6,978 bases of DNA from a virus (Duplodnaviria; Heunggongvirae; Uroviricota; Caudoviricetes). This document shows, piece by piece, positions 6,881 through 6,978 of the stretch (positions within the stretch are counted from its first letter, which is position 1; the number at the start of each line of letters is the position of its first letter). The DNA is taken from IMG/VR virus record IMGVR_UViG_2529292719_000015; one strand, given 5' to 3'. A model generated the notes under the pieces. It saw only the letters and a list, made by a program, of their open reading frames with translations, was not told the origin of the DNA and ran no database searches. The translations under genes were made by a program, and so were the position numbers.

Positions 6881-6978
6881 CCTCGCGCATACAACCGGGC
6901 AGTGATGTGATTGTCTGCGCGGAAATGGACGAACAGTGGGGCTACGTCGGTGCTAAATCACGTCAGCGCTGGCTGTTT
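6856..6978 (+). CDS. insB: IS1 insB reading frame, 5' part, reached by -1 frameshift at the A6C motif (continues at window positions 3-350)
   Basis: AAAAAAC at 6856-6862 is the known IS1 slippery site. The -1 frame is open from 6778 to the window end (…[42 protein letters not shown]) and is in phase with the InsB frame at the window start. Confidence 0.8.

Larger units (their letters stand above)
6550..6978 (+). mobile_element. IS1 left-hand portion (left inverted repeat, insA, start of insB frame)
   Basis: Begins at 6550 with GGTGATGCTGCCAACTTACTGAT, the IS1 left terminal repeat. Contains insA and the A6C frameshift motif. The last 26 bp equal window positions 1-26. Together with 1-365 it makes 768 bp, the full IS1 length. 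Confidence 0.95.

Overview
This window is the Escherichia/Shigella chromosome at the phage lambda attachment site (ybhI'–ybhJ–ybhC–attB), carrying only the left end of a lambda-type prophage and bounded by IS1. From left to right: the right ~365 bp of an IS1 (insB 3' end) inserted into the 3' end of ybhI; the aconitase-family gene ybhJ (+); a REP/BIME cluster; the lipoprotein gene ybhC (-); an attL junction (B arm, 15-bp core GCTTTTTTATACTAA, P' arm); lambda-type int and xis (-) with the cII-dependent pI site; a 55-codon lambda-like small ORF; one AT-rich 142-codon gene of unknown function (-) with its own Shine-Dalgarno and terminator; and the left ~429 bp of an IS1 (IRL, insA, start of insB) lying 1 bp from that gene's ribosome-binding site. 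The first 26 bases of the window are identical to the last 26, and the two IS1 pieces add up to exactly one 768-bp IS1, so the window is either a circularly permuted/circular-collapsed sequence or a segment flanked by two identical IS1 copies. The only candidate for something undescribed is the 142-aa orphan gene in the xis-adjacent accessory slot of the pL operon; I cannot assign it a function from sequence alone. All identifications rest on reading the sequence and recalled knowledge; no searches were run.
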